A DNA stretch of 64,000 bases, taken from assembly GCA_034439475.1 (NCBI GenBank), contig JAWXAN010000034.1:14340-78339 (forward strand). Direction: 5' to 3'. A model generated the notes under the pieces. It had not been told where the DNA came from, ran no database searches, and was given only the letters and a program-made list of their open reading frames with translations. Both the position numbers and the translations under genes were made by a program. This DNA is from Candidatus Zixiibacteriota bacterium (lineage in GTDB: Bacteria > Zixibacteria > MSB-5A5 > GN15 > FEB-12). This document shows positions 27,378 through 37,086 of the stretch, piece after piece (position 1 is the stretch's first letter; every line of letters starts with the position of its first letter).

Positions 27378-27500
27378 ATGAGGGGAATATTTCGCGCCTT
27401 GCTGGCCGGATACGGAGCTAAGAAGCTCGGCGGTGGATGCTTGTCAACTATCCTCATATTTGTCATCCTCTTCTGGATTTTTGGATACGTATCCTGCTAA
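27378..27500 (+). CDS. small hydrophobic protein (40 aa), below ORF-track cutoff
   Basis: The ATG lies 7 nt after an AGGAGGGGGGA SD. The translation is 'MRGIFRALLAGYGAKKLGGGCLSTILIFVILFWIFGYVSC', ending in TAA. It has one predicted TM helix. Confidence 0.55.
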   Translation: MRGIFRALLAGYGAKKLGGGCLSTILIFVILFWIFGYVSC

Positions 27501-27556
27501 AAAACAGAAGCAGAACTCTTTTGGGTTGTAAATAACTCGTTCTGTCTTCGAGAAGG

Positions 27557-28669
27557 TTGAGGAAAATGGGCATGAAAATAGCATTGTTAATCGTGGGAAT
27601 CCTCATGATTGTAGCAACAATCCTTCCAACGGTTCGGACCAATGCATGGTGGATACGAGTCTTTGACTTTCCTCGCGGCCAAATAGCTCTTATTACCCTT
27701 GCCTGCCTCGTGGTCTATTTGTGGCACTTCGATAATTTTTCACTTCTTGAAAACTTATTTATCGCCGGCCTTGGATTGACCGTCTTCTTTCAAAGCATGT
27801 CCATGTATCCATATACCCTCCTGTCGAAGGTGCAGGTTCAAAAGTGCGTCATTTCACCGGGACTCTCCACAATCAGTCTGCTTGTCGCCAACGTGCTGAT
27901 GAACAATCGCAATACTGAGCAATTGCTGTCAATTATTCAGGAGAAAAATCCCGATCTTGTTCTAACACTCGAAACCAACCAATGGTGGCAGGAGAGGCTA
28001 AAGTTTCTGGATGAATCTTATCCCTATTCAGTATCGCATTTACTGGACAACTTCTATGGCATGTTCTTACAGTCGCGCTTAGAACTAATCAATCCGACCG
28101 TGGAGTTTCTAATCGAAAAAAATGTCCCCTCGATCCATTCGATTGTCAGGTTGTCTTCAGGGGAGCACATTGAATTGCATTGTCTGCATCCTAAGCCCCC
28201 AAGTCCCACGGAAAACGATACGTCCACTGAGCGGGACGCCGAATTGCTGATTGTCGCTAAATCCGTAAAATCCTCACGTTTGCCAATAATTGTCGCCGGA
28301 GATCTCAATGATGTCGCATGGTCTCATTCGACGGCTCTCTTTCAAAAAATAAGCGGTCTGCTTGATCCGCGAATAGGACGCGGCTTTTTTAATACGTTCA
28401 GCGCCAACATACCTTTCTTCCGCTGGCCGCTCGACCATGTCTTTCATTCGGATCATTTCAAGCTTGTGGAGATTGAACGTCTTGCGAAATTAGGATCAGA
28501 CCACTTTCCCATGTTTATTAAACTCAATTATGAGCCTACAGCAATCCAGAAACATACGGCTCCAACTGCAGACCACGAAGACCATAAAGAGGCAAATGAG
28601 CAGATTGAGAAGGCTGCGAGGAAGACCGGACAGCCGGTCATTGTGTTACAGCCTATACGTCCGAAATAA
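27557..28669 (+). CDS. endonuclease/exonuclease/phosphatase (EEP) family protein with N-terminal TM region
   Basis: It has an N-terminal membrane region of about 3-4 TM helices. EEP blocks include 'LLVANVLMNN', 'DLVLTLETN', 'IVAGDLNDVAWS' and 'LGSDHFP'. Confidence 0.8.
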   Translation: MRKMGMKIALLIVGILMIVATILPTVRTNAWWIRVFDFPRGQIALITLACLVVYLWHFDNFSLLENLFIAGLGLTVFFQSMSMYPYTLLSKVQVQKCVISPGLSTISLLVANVLMNNRNTEQLLSIIQEKNPDLVLTLETNQWWQERLKFLDESYPYSVSHLLDNFYGMFLQSRLELINPTVEFLIEKNVPSIHSIVRLSSGEHIELHCLHPKPPSPTENDTSTERDAELLIVAKSVKSSRLPIIVAGDLNDVAWSHSTALFQKISGLLDPRIGRGFFNTFSANIPFFRWPLDHVFHSDHFKLVEIERLAKLGSDHFPMFIKLNYEPTAIQKHTAPTADHEDHKEANEQIEKAARKTGQPVIVLQPIRPK

Positions 28670-28715
28670 AATTATTAGGAAATAGAACGACCAGGAAGAA
28701 GGGGAGCATTCAGAC

Positions 28716-29816
28716 ATGGTAACAGACGTCCGCATTCAACGATCCACCCGGACTTTTATTACTGTGCTTGGAATTATTGGAATCTTTTTCATTCTCTATA
28801 TAAGCAAAAGCATTCTTATTCCATTTACCTTTGCCGTCCTGCTCGCTGCACTGCTCTATCCAATTAAGAGATTTCTCGATAAAAAAAAGGTGCCAGAGAC
28901 TTTATCCATATCGATGACGCTGCTCATTGCCATAGCCGTTGTCGCGGGAGTGTTGATTTTTATCATTTTTCTGGTAGCAAGGGTTACAGAAGACTTCCCC
29001 AGATTTCAAACACAATTCTCAGAGTTTATTGATGAGACGCAGTTGACAGTGGAGCAAAAATTCGGCATTCAGACCGAAAAACAGATAGCGTGGATTAGAG
29101 AGCGCGCTTCTACTGCTCTCGAAGGCAGCGCATCGCTTGTTGGGCAGACATTTCTCGTCATAACCGATATATTAGTCATAATCACTTTAGTGCCTCTCTA
29201 TGTCTTTCTTTTGCTTCTCTACAAGCCGCTTATTGTCGAGTCTATTGTTCAAATAATTGCGGGAACAAGCAGAACTGACAGCAAAGATGTGCGAACGGTA
29301 ATTGGTGATACTCGAGGCGTCATACAGAATTATCTGGTCGGATTGCTAATAGAAACGGCAGTTATCGCTGTTATTTCAATTGTGACATTGCTACTGCTTG
29401 GTATCGACTATGCCGTTCTGCTGGGAATAATAATAGCCATAATCAATCTTATTCCATATATAGGCGTGCTAATAGGCAGTGTACTCCCTGCGCTCGTGGC
29501 TCTCATAACCAAGGAATCTTCGTGGTACGCGCTGGCGGTAATAGGGATATTTGTAGTCATACAATTTGTCGACGGCAATATAATAATGCCCAGAATTGTC
29601 GGTTCGAAAGTAAGCTTGAACGCCTTGGCCTCGATCATGGGCGTATTGATTGGTGGTCTCATTTGGGGACTTCCAGGCCTCTTTCTCGCCCTGCCTATCG
29701 TAGCTATTCTAAAAGTTATTTTTGATAGAAGTGAGTCATTACAGCCTTGGGGAATGCTCTTAGGCCACGATGATCTTTCCAATGCCAAAACCGACACCGC
29801 CAATTTAAGCAACTAA
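28716..29816 (+). CDS. AI-2E family transporter (PerM/UPF0118)
   Basis: A polytopic membrane protein with the family-typical 'NLIPYIG' and 'DGNIIMPRIVG' blocks. Confidence 0.85.
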   Translation: MVTDVRIQRSTRTFITVLGIIGIFFILYISKSILIPFTFAVLLAALLYPIKRFLDKKKVPETLSISMTLLIAIAVVAGVLIFIIFLVARVTEDFPRFQTQFSEFIDETQLTVEQKFGIQTEKQIAWIRERASTALEGSASLVGQTFLVITDILVIITLVPLYVFLLLLYKPLIVESIVQIIAGTSRTDSKDVRTVIGDTRGVIQNYLVGLLIETAVIAVISIVTLLLLGIDYAVLLGIIIAIINLIPYIGVLIGSVLPALVALITKESSWYALAVIGIFVVIQFVDGNIIMPRIVGSKVSLNALASIMGVLIGGLIWGLPGLFLALPIVAILKVIFDRSESLQPWGMLLGHDDLSNAKTDTANLSN

Positions 29817-29890
29817 TTCTAAAGAATTAAGATTCCCTGTTCTCTTCTATTCCATCGTATAAAGAGAGAAGAGGAGCATACAGGGGAAAT

Positions 29891-30901
29891 ATGAAATCAC
29901 AGAGTGGAAAAGTGTTCGGGGAAGGTGAATTACACCACAAAGCACTTTCTGGCCCGGCCGCTGCTTCTTCAATCTCCCGGTCGCCTGCCTCAAAGGTGGC
30001 GGGCTTCTTTCCTAAACTGGTAGTGAATGTCAAAGATTTTGCTTCTCATTACTTGGGAGGCCTTTATCACAAGTTTGATGAACATCCAATCTTTCTTCTC
30101 TCAAGCGGGCTTGCCTTTTCATTATTTGTTACCATTGTCCCTATGGTGTTGTGCGCTTATGCGGTGTTGGGCATGGTCGTCGAGCAAGCCGCAATTGAAG
30201 GGGACTTAAGCGCTATGATTGATCAAGCAATTCCCTATCCGAAATATGCCGAAGCGACAAAAGAATTACTCATAGGTCGTGCACAAGCATACGGCGAAGA
30301 TAAAAAGACGCTGGGCCTGGTTGGCCTTGTATCACTCTTGTTTGCCGCCACAACACTCTTCTCCAGCATGAGGACTATCCTCAACGCCATTCATCATATT
30401 CGGTCTACAGAATCAATCATTTTGAGCAAACTCCGCGACTTCAAACTCATGTTTTACTTCCTTCTGCTGATTCTACTCTCAATCACCCTTCTGCCTCTCC
30501 TGAACTCAGTAATTGATAAAGCTGCTTGGTTAAATACCGGGAACTATACGGAATTCAAGATCGTTGACCAACTTGTTATGATTGTTAGCTCGGTCGTGAC
30601 ACTTTTTGCCGCTTTCTTTCTTTTATATTTTCTTCTTCCCTATAAGCGACTCGAAAAGAAAGCCATTGCGGTAAGCGCCCTTGCGGCGGCGGCGCTTCTT
30701 GTCATTGCGCAAAAGGCATTCGGATTTTATATCCAGAATGCGCTCTCACTTGAAGACATGTACGGTCCGTATGTGGTTGCGCTTATTATTGTGACCTGGA
30801 TATATTATACCGGGATTGTTTTTATTCTCGGCGCGGTCATCGGTCAGCTCTATCGTGAGCGATGCCACACCGGTTTGGTTCACACCGACTCAAAAGATTG
30901 A
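29891..30901 (+). CDS. YihY/virulence factor BrkB family membrane protein
   Basis: 'FLLSSGLAFSLFVTIVPMVL' and 'IWIYYTGIVFILGA' are typical of the YihY family. It has about 6 TM helices. Confidence 0.75.
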   Translation: MKSQSGKVFGEGELHHKALSGPAAASSISRSPASKVAGFFPKLVVNVKDFASHYLGGLYHKFDEHPIFLLSSGLAFSLFVTIVPMVLCAYAVLGMVVEQAAIEGDLSAMIDQAIPYPKYAEATKELLIGRAQAYGEDKKTLGLVGLVSLLFAATTLFSSMRTILNAIHHIRSTESIILSKLRDFKLMFYFLLLILLSITLLPLLNSVIDKAAWLNTGNYTEFKIVDQLVMIVSSVVTLFAAFFLLYFLLPYKRLEKKAIAVSALAAAALLVIAQKAFGFYIQNALSLEDMYGPYVVALIIVTWIYYTGIVFILGAVIGQLYRERCHTGLVHTDSKD

Positions 30902-31034
30902 CCTGCATTATCCATTTGACCCTCATTTGCTGTCAATGTATCTTCACCCCTTGAGTAGGCAATGCGCCATTCTGTTTATGAGTAAATCAAGAGTGGCTCA
31001 AAACCGAGTGGAAAAGATATGTGTATGAAAGGAA

Positions 31035-31664
31035 ATGATAATGAAGAAATCAGGAATCGTCCTGTTGGTAATCGTTGGATTGCTTGTATTGGCGGCTGTT
31101 ATGATTTGGGGAGGACGTTCTGCTCTTGTCAGCCGATCGCAGGCGGTTGATGAAAAATGGAGCCAAGTGCAGAATGTCTATCAACGACGATTTGATCTTG
31201 TGCCGAATTTGGTGGCATCGGTCGATAATTTTATGATGCGCCAACAAGAGACACTCACCGAAGTCATTGCCATGCGCCAGCGCGTCATTGACTTAAAAGC
31301 CTCGGGTGATTCGGCGCTGCTGACCCAGAACCCGCAATTGCTCGATTCAATCTCGACGCTACTCTCACGACAATTAAACTCGTTCATCAATGTGGTTTCT
31401 GAGAGATACCCTGAGATAAAGGGTGAGCAATTGTATTCTGATTTGCTTGTTCAGCTCGAAGGAACCGAAAATAGAATTGTGCAGGAGCGAAGAACCTACA
31501 ATGAAATCGTTCGCGATTACAACACCTATCGTCAAACGGGGATACGAGCACTCATCGCCGGAGCCATCTTTGGATTCCCATATCAGCGTGATTACTTTGC
31601 GGCGACTTCGGAGGCCCAAACCGCTCCAAGCGTTCGGGATGCTTTTGATCCGAATAAGAAATAG
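31035..31664 (+). CDS. lemA: LemA family protein
   Basis: It has an N-terminal TM helix and contains 'VDEKWSQVQNVYQRRFDLVPNLV' and 'RRTYNEIVRDYNTY', which are LemA hallmarks. Confidence 0.9.
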   Translation: MIMKKSGIVLLVIVGLLVLAAVMIWGGRSALVSRSQAVDEKWSQVQNVYQRRFDLVPNLVASVDNFMMRQQETLTEVIAMRQRVIDLKASGDSALLTQNPQLLDSISTLLSRQLNSFINVVSERYPEIKGEQLYSDLLVQLEGTENRIVQERRTYNEIVRDYNTYRQTGIRALIAGAIFGFPYQRDYFAATSEAQTAPSVRDAFDPNKK

Positions 31665-31676
31665 ATAAATAGATAG

Positions 31677-32453
31677 ATGAAAAACTTGCGGCGATATTTT
31701 AAATTCACACTTTTGGCTGTGTGCTGTTTTGCGATGTGGAAGACAGCAGCCGCCCTCGAAGTGCCATCCTATCGGGGACCGGTAACCGATCTCGCAGACA
31801 TTCTGGACAGTCAGGTCGAAGAAGAGCTAAGCGCACTCATTGAACAGTATCGCAGCCAATCTTCTCACCAACTCGGGATACTTACAATTAAGAGCCTTGA
31901 CAATGAGGGCCTTGAGGATTTTGCGGCCAATGTTTACAAGAAATGGGGAATCGGTAGGGGCAAGGAAGACGACGGCGTGCTTCTCCTGATAGCGGTCGAT
32001 GACCACAAAGCGCGTCTTGAAATTGGCTATGGACTTGAAGGGGAACTAACCGACCTCGAATCTGGTCGGCTGGTTGGCCGCAGTTCACTCATGGCCGAGC
32101 ATTTTCGTTCAGGTGATTATCCCTCGGGGATACTGTCGGTAATTGAAGGAGTAATTACGGCTATCGGCGGCGAGTACGTGATTCCGGAAGAGGCCAGAAA
32201 GAAGAAATCAAGGGGTTTATCCCCAGCAATTCTCTTCTCACTATTTGCCTTATTCTTTATTCTTCGTTCAAGAATGAGACGAAACCGATTGGGTCCTGGC
32301 GGCAGGCGTTTTGGATCATTCGGCGGGCCCTTTATCGGAGGATTAGGTGGTGGAATGCTGGGAGGCTTTGGTGGCGGCTCGAGAGGCGGTGGGGGTGGCT
32401 TTAGCTTTGGTGGCGGCTCTTCAGGCGGTGGCGGCGCGAGCGGAGGCTGGTAG
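31677..32453 (+). CDS. TPM domain-containing protein (YgcG-like) with Gly-rich tail
   Basis: It has a signal peptide and contains 'VTDLADILD', 'QLGILTIKSL' and 'DDGVLLLIAVDDHKARLEIGYGLEG'. A TM helix and a poly-Gly C-terminus follow. Confidence 0.85.
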   Translation: MKNLRRYFKFTLLAVCCFAMWKTAAALEVPSYRGPVTDLADILDSQVEEELSALIEQYRSQSSHQLGILTIKSLDNEGLEDFAANVYKKWGIGRGKEDDGVLLLIAVDDHKARLEIGYGLEGELTDLESGRLVGRSSLMAEHFRSGDYPSGILSVIEGVITAIGGEYVIPEEARKKKSRGLSPAILFSLFALFFILRSRMRRNRLGPGGRRFGSFGGPFIGGLGGGMLGGFGGGSRGGGGGFSFGGGSSGGGGASGGW

Positions 32454-32476
32454 GTTGAAACTACTGGGGATTATAT

Positions 32477-33109
32477 ATGAAAAGGCTCGTTGAGAAATAT
32501 TTTTCCGAATTTGACCTTGCGGCAATTGAGCAAGCGGTTAACCGCGCTGAACAAAAAACAGAAGGGGAGATCGCGGTCCAGATTGCGCCTTATTCCCGCA
32601 ACTGGACAATGTATAGGCTTTCTGTTTCAGCCGCCTTTGCGCTGGCAGGATTGTGGCTTGCTCTATTTATCACCCAAGAAAACAATTGGGGGATATCTTA
32701 CAATTTTGCACAGGGGGCTCTCGGTGCCATTTTAGGTTTTGTTGCGGGGTATCTGCTTTTTCCGCTTCTGTTTGGCCGCCGAGAAGAAAAGCGAAAACTG
32801 GTATGGAACCGCGGTCTTCTTTTATTCTCTCAACTCACACCCACTCGCGGCAAGACGGGTGTGCTGCTATTTATTTCGCTGGCCGAATCACAAGCGGCTG
32901 TTATCGCCGACAAGCGCATCGCGGAGAAAATTACACAACAGCGATGGGACGAGATTCATTCTTTCATTGTCAAGGGATTGAGCGATCATAAGCACAGCGA
33001 AGGCATGATCAAGGCAATCGATGAAGTCGGCAAGGACCTTGCGCTGCATTTTCCACGACTGGAAGGCGACAGCAATGAATTGCCGAATCGCCCTACCATT
33101 CTTAGCTGA
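32477..33109 (+). CDS. TPM domain-containing membrane protein (second member of LemA-TPM-TPM module)
   Basis: Contains 'AEQKTEGEIAVQI', two TM helices, and 'GVLLFISLAESQAAVIADKRI'. Confidence 0.75.
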   Translation: MKRLVEKYFSEFDLAAIEQAVNRAEQKTEGEIAVQIAPYSRNWTMYRLSVSAAFALAGLWLALFITQENNWGISYNFAQGALGAILGFVAGYLLFPLLFGRREEKRKLVWNRGLLLFSQLTPTRGKTGVLLFISLAESQAAVIADKRIAEKITQQRWDEIHSFIVKGLSDHKHSEGMIKAIDEVGKDLALHFPRLEGDSNELPNRPTILS

Positions 33110-33190
33110 TTATCAAGTTATTGAGTAGTGATAAAAGAAACAGTCGTGGAACGGTTTGAGTAACGCTCCACGATTGCTGAAATTCGAATA

Positions 33191-33457
33191 TTAGGCTGTT
33201 CGAATGTTGTCATCGCGTCGAACACGGACCGGTGTATTATCATCTGTGCGTGAGCCAACCAGAAGCATGATAATACCGCCAACGAGCGCCAAGCCTCCAA
33301 AGATGGCTGGGAGCGAGGTCCGATCTTCTTCGACAGCTATACTGCCACCCGGGACATCAGCGATTGTTTCGTTGTCAGAAAACAAGACACCCTGAAATGC
33401 CAGCAAAAGAGCTCCCACAATTATGAGAACTATCCCCGCACGTTTTTTCGTATTCAT
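33191..33457 (-). CDS. small two-TM membrane protein (hypothetical)
   Basis: An 88-aa ORF with hydrophobic helices at both ends ('GIVLIIVGALLLAF', 'IFGGLALVGGIIMLLVG'). Confidence 0.5.
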   Translation of the reverse strand: MNTKKRAGIVLIIVGALLLAFQGVLFSDNETIADVPGGSIAVEEDRTSLPAIFGGLALVGGIIMLLVGSRTDDNTPVRVRRDDNIRTA

Positions 33458-33506
33458 AGAATCCTCCTGTAGAGCGCGTCTTTTGCCGCGCCGACTTCAA
33501 GTACCG

Positions 33507-33593
33507 CTAAACCGGCCGACCGCCGCGAATGACGCGCACTAAAACGACGACAATTGCGACGACTAACAAAATAGTGATGAGAGTGCCAAGCAT
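33507..33593 (-). CDS. small membrane protein (28 aa), lmo0937-family-like, below ORF-track cutoff
   Basis: The ATG at 33593 lies 7 nt after an AAAGGAG SD. The translation is 'MLGTLITILLVVAIVVVLVRVIRGGRPV', ending in TAG. The tail resembles the '..LIRGRRPV' end of lmo0937-type miniproteins. Confidence 0.5.
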   Translation of the reverse strand: MLGTLITILLVVAIVVVLVRVIRGGRPV

Positions 33594-33927
33594 ATTCGAC
33601 TCCTTTACAGCTAACAACTGAGTTTAGAGTGTTTATCTAATCTTCGTATAGATTCTACAAGATCCATAATAGCGCCCTAACCAACAGGCTCAAGGCTGTC
33701 GTACCAGCATCTGCAATTAACACATCTTTATACGGCATAACGCCTATAATATTTCCGAATCATTTGATTCTATGGCATATCTTCACATTCGAGCATTCTG
33801 ATACGATGCATGTATAAAACCACAGTTCAATCTTAGGATTTAGAAGCATTAGAACTTATCAAAAAAGGATCGTGTACAACGGCTCAAGGTGACTGCACGC
33901 CTGTTTAGGGACCGAGAGTAAACAAAA

Positions 33928-33951
33928 AACCACCCGTTTTTGCGGCTGGTT
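33928..33951 (-). terminator. rho-independent terminator of RND operon
   Basis: On the minus strand: AACCAGCCG-CAAAAA-CGGGTGGTT (9-bp stem, one mismatch) followed by TTTTTGTTT. It lies about 40 nt after the permease stop. Confidence 0.65.
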
Positions 33952-33991
33952 TGGAATATTTTTGACAACTTAGATCAAAGACTCGGTAATT

Positions 33992-36900
33992 TCAATGCTC
34001 CATTTTAACAGGGACAGGTTCTTTGGTATCCTCGGACATAACAACGCGGTGTCCCTTTGTGAACCGAGCAAGGAGGGAGTAGACTACGGGTACAAGGACA
34101 AGCGTGAGGAAAGTAGAGAAGACCATCCCGCCCACGACGGCAATACCCAAAGGACGTCGGGCTTCCGCCCCTGCGCCGAGACCTATCGCAATCGGCAGGA
34201 CGCCGAAAATAGTCGCAAACGATGTCATCAGGATTGGACGCAAACGAATCCGCGAAGCCTCAGCGACGGCAGAGACGATATCGTGTCCTCTTTCCCGAAG
34301 CTGATTGGCATACTCGACAATCAGGATTGAGTTCTTGGTCACTAACCCGATAAGCATGATAAGCCCTATCTGAGAATAGATATTCAGGCTCTGGCCGAAA
34401 AGAAAAAGTGAAAGCAGCGCACCAAAAATGGCAAGGGGGACTGATAGCAAAATTGTCATCGGATGTACAAAGCTTTCAAACTGAGCGGCCAGCACAAGGA
34501 AAATAAAAATGACGGCCAGGAGAAACATATAATACAGCGCGCTCGAAGACTCGCGAAACTCCCGAGATTGGCCGGAGAGGGCGGTCTTAACATCGCTTGA
34601 CAATTCCTCCTGTGCAATACGATCAAGGTCATCAAGGGCCTGTCCGAGCGTGACTCCCGGAGCAAGGCCAGCAGAAATAGTCGCCGAACGAACGCGATTG
34701 AAGTGATTCAGTTCCTTTGGCGCGACCGTTTCGCGAACATTGACAACGCTTGCAAGCTGGACCATCCCGCCTCTTCCGCGAACATAGATTTCGTCGATTG
34801 CATCCGGTGTCGAACGGTCTATTGGTCTCGTTTGCGCAATGACATCATACTGTTTGGCGCCCCGTTTGAAAGTAGTCACAACGCGCCCACCGAGGAATGA
34901 TTCGAGGGTTGTGCCGATATCGGTCACCGATACACCAAGTCCTGCCGCGCGCTCACGATCAATGGTTATATCAAGTTGCGGCTTATTTAGCTTCAGGTCT
35001 GTGTCGAGATTTATGAGATAACCAAGTTGGGATGCCTTGGCGGACATGGTGTTGACAGCGACCTGAAGTTCATCATACGTCTGAGCCTGAAGTACATAGG
35101 AAACAGGATTGCTGAAATCACCGCCGAGGCTTGGCGGATTGATGACGAATGCAAATACGCCCGGAATCGAGAAGAGTTGGGGGAATAATTCACCCACAAT
35201 CTGTTGCTGTGATTTTCCCCGCTCGTCGCGTGGTTTGAGGGCAATAAATACAAAACCATTGGTGACACGCCCCGGCCCGGCGAAGGCGAGCCCTGTTGCT
35301 GTGAACACACCTTCAACTTCCGGTAAACGCATCACAACTGCTTCTATTTGACGCATGTAGCGGTCGGTGTATTCGAGCGTCGAACCTTCCGGCGCGATGA
35401 CAATGCCGAAAGCGTGACCTCTGTCTTCGGTCGGTACCAGTTCGCTGGGAAGCTTAATAAATAAATACGCGCTGATGGCAACGAGTCCAGCCGCGCCTGC
35501 TATAACGAGAGCGCGGTGACGAAGCGCGCCATCAACAACTCGACCATAGGTGCTATCGAGCTTGGCAAAGGCTGAGTCAAAGGCTTTAGAAGTGCGTCCG
35601 GTGCTAGCCCCATGCAACGGTTTGAGAATTCTTGAACTCATCATCGGCGTCAGTGTCAGCGCAACAAAGCCAGAAATAAGAACAGCCACTGCCACCGACG
35701 CGCCAAATTCGTTGAACAGCCGCCCGACATTCCCTTCAAGAAAGGCAAGCGGAACGAAGACTGCCACAAGTGTGATTGTTGTGGAAACCACCGCGAAACC
35801 AATCTCCTTCGCGCCATCCATTGCCGCTTGCATTCGAGGTTTTCCCATCTGCATGTGGCGATAAATATTTTCCAAGACAACAATAGCGTCATCGACAACC
35901 AATCCGATGGCCAGTACAAGCGCAAGCAGGGTCAGGATATTGATCGTGTAGCCGAGAAAATACGAGGCCGCGAATGCGCCGATTATCGATGTCGGGATAG
36001 CGATTGTTGGAATGATCGTCGCGCGGAAACTTTTGAGAAAGACCAAAATGACCAAAACCACCAAAATCAGGGCGAGAAAGAGCGTGTCGGTCACTTCATT
36101 TATCGATTCGTTGATAAAAGTTGCGGAATTATATGCAACGCTGATTGTCATTCCATCAGGAAGTAGCTTGCGCAAATCAGGCAAAGCGTTAATGACAACA
36201 TCGGCCACATCGAGCGTGCTTGCCCGGGATTGCTTGATGACTCCCAGTCCGACCGAAGGCAGACCGTCGTATCGCACTTCAGTCCGCTCGTCTTCAGCGC
36301 CGACCATAACATCGGCAATGTCTCTGAGGCGAACCGGTTCATCCCCTCTCTGAGCGACAATAAGCGCGCCAAATTCTTCGGCGGTAACTAAATCACCTCG
36401 AGTGCGAACGGAGAATTCACGCCCTGCTCCTTCGACACGCCCGCTTGGTATTTCGGCATTTTCACGGGCGATGGCCCGTTCGACATCGGCGGTGGTGAGA
36501 TTGCGCGATGCCATCCTCTGCGGATCAAGCCAGACGCGCATCGCGTAGCGGCGCTCGCCTCCCAGAAAAACTGAGCCGACACCAGTAAAACGCTGAATAC
36601 GCTCTTTTAAAATGAGGTCCGCGACCTCTGTCAATTCAAGACTTGTGTGTCTGGTACTTGAAAGTGCAAGCCAGACTATCGGTTGGGCGTTGGCGTCAAC
36701 TTTTTCGATAACGGGATCTTCGGCCTCTCGCGGTAACTGGCCGCGTATGCGCGACACCCGGTCACGGACATCGTTTGAAGCCTCGTCGACATTTCGTCCA
36801 AGCTCAAACTCAATGGTTATAACCGAGCCTTGCTCCAGGCTCGAGGAGGTGAGCGTTTTCACACCTTCAACAGTCGAGAGTTGCTCTTCAAGAATATCTG

Positions 36901-37045
36901 TGATTTCGGTCTCGACAACGCTCGGGCTGGCTCCGCGATAGAAGGTCGTGATGGTCACCACCGGCGGGTCGATATCGGGATACTCTCTTACTGGCAGACG
37001 TGTAAATGAAATTATCCCAAAAAGGAGAATAACCAGACTCATCAC
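33992..37045 (-). CDS. efflux RND transporter permease (HAE1/AcrB-like); annotated start probably too short
   Basis: A 1017-aa protein with the 12-TM AcrB architecture. The conserved N-terminal block 'LSEISINRPVLAIV' continues in frame upstream of the GTG at 37045 with no ATG, GTG or TTG available (see findings). Confidence 0.9.
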   Translation of the reverse strand: MMSLVILLFGIISFTRLPVREYPDIDPPVVTITTFYRGASPSVVETEITDILEEQLSTVEGVKTLTSSSLEQGSVITIEFELGRNVDEASNDVRDRVSRIRGQLPREAEDPVIEKVDANAQPIVWLALSSTRHTSLELTEVADLILKERIQRFTGVGSVFLGGERRYAMRVWLDPQRMASRNLTTADVERAIARENAEIPSGRVEGAGREFSVRTRGDLVTAEEFGALIVAQRGDEPVRLRDIADVMVGAEDERTEVRYDGLPSVGLGVIKQSRASTLDVADVVINALPDLRKLLPDGMTISVAYNSATFINESINEVTDTLFLALILVVLVILVFLKSFRATIIPTIAIPTSIIGAFAASYFLGYTINILTLLALVLAIGLVVDDAIVVLENIYRHMQMGKPRMQAAMDGAKEIGFAVVSTTITLVAVFVPLAFLEGNVGRLFNEFGASVAVAVLISGFVALTLTPMMSSRILKPLHGASTGRTSKAFDSAFAKLDSTYGRVVDGALRHRALVIAGAAGLVAISAYLFIKLPSELVPTEDRGHAFGIVIAPEGSTLEYTDRYMRQIEAVVMRLPEVEGVFTATGLAFAGPGRVTNGFVFIALKPRDERGKSQQQIVGELFPQLFSIPGVFAFVINPPSLGGDFSNPVSYVLQAQTYDELQVAVNTMSAKASQLGYLINLDTDLKLNKPQLDITIDRERAAGLGVSVTDIGTTLESFLGGRVVTTFKRGAKQYDVIAQTRPIDRSTPDAIDEIYVRGRGGMVQLASVVNVRETVAPKELNHFNRVRSATISAGLAPGVTLGQALDDLDRIAQEELSSDVKTALSGQSREFRESSSALYYMFLLAVIFIFLVLAAQFESFVHPMTILLSVPLAIFGALLSLFLFGQSLNIYSQIGLIMLIGLVTKNSILIVEYANQLRERGHDIVSAVAEASRIRLRPILMTSFATIFGVLPIAIGLGAGAEARRPLGIAVVGGMVFSTFLTLVLVPVVYSLLARFTKGHRVVMSEDTKEPVPVKMEH

Positions 37046-37086
37046 TATGGCTAATACAGGCCGATTGATCGAAATCTCGCTTAACT

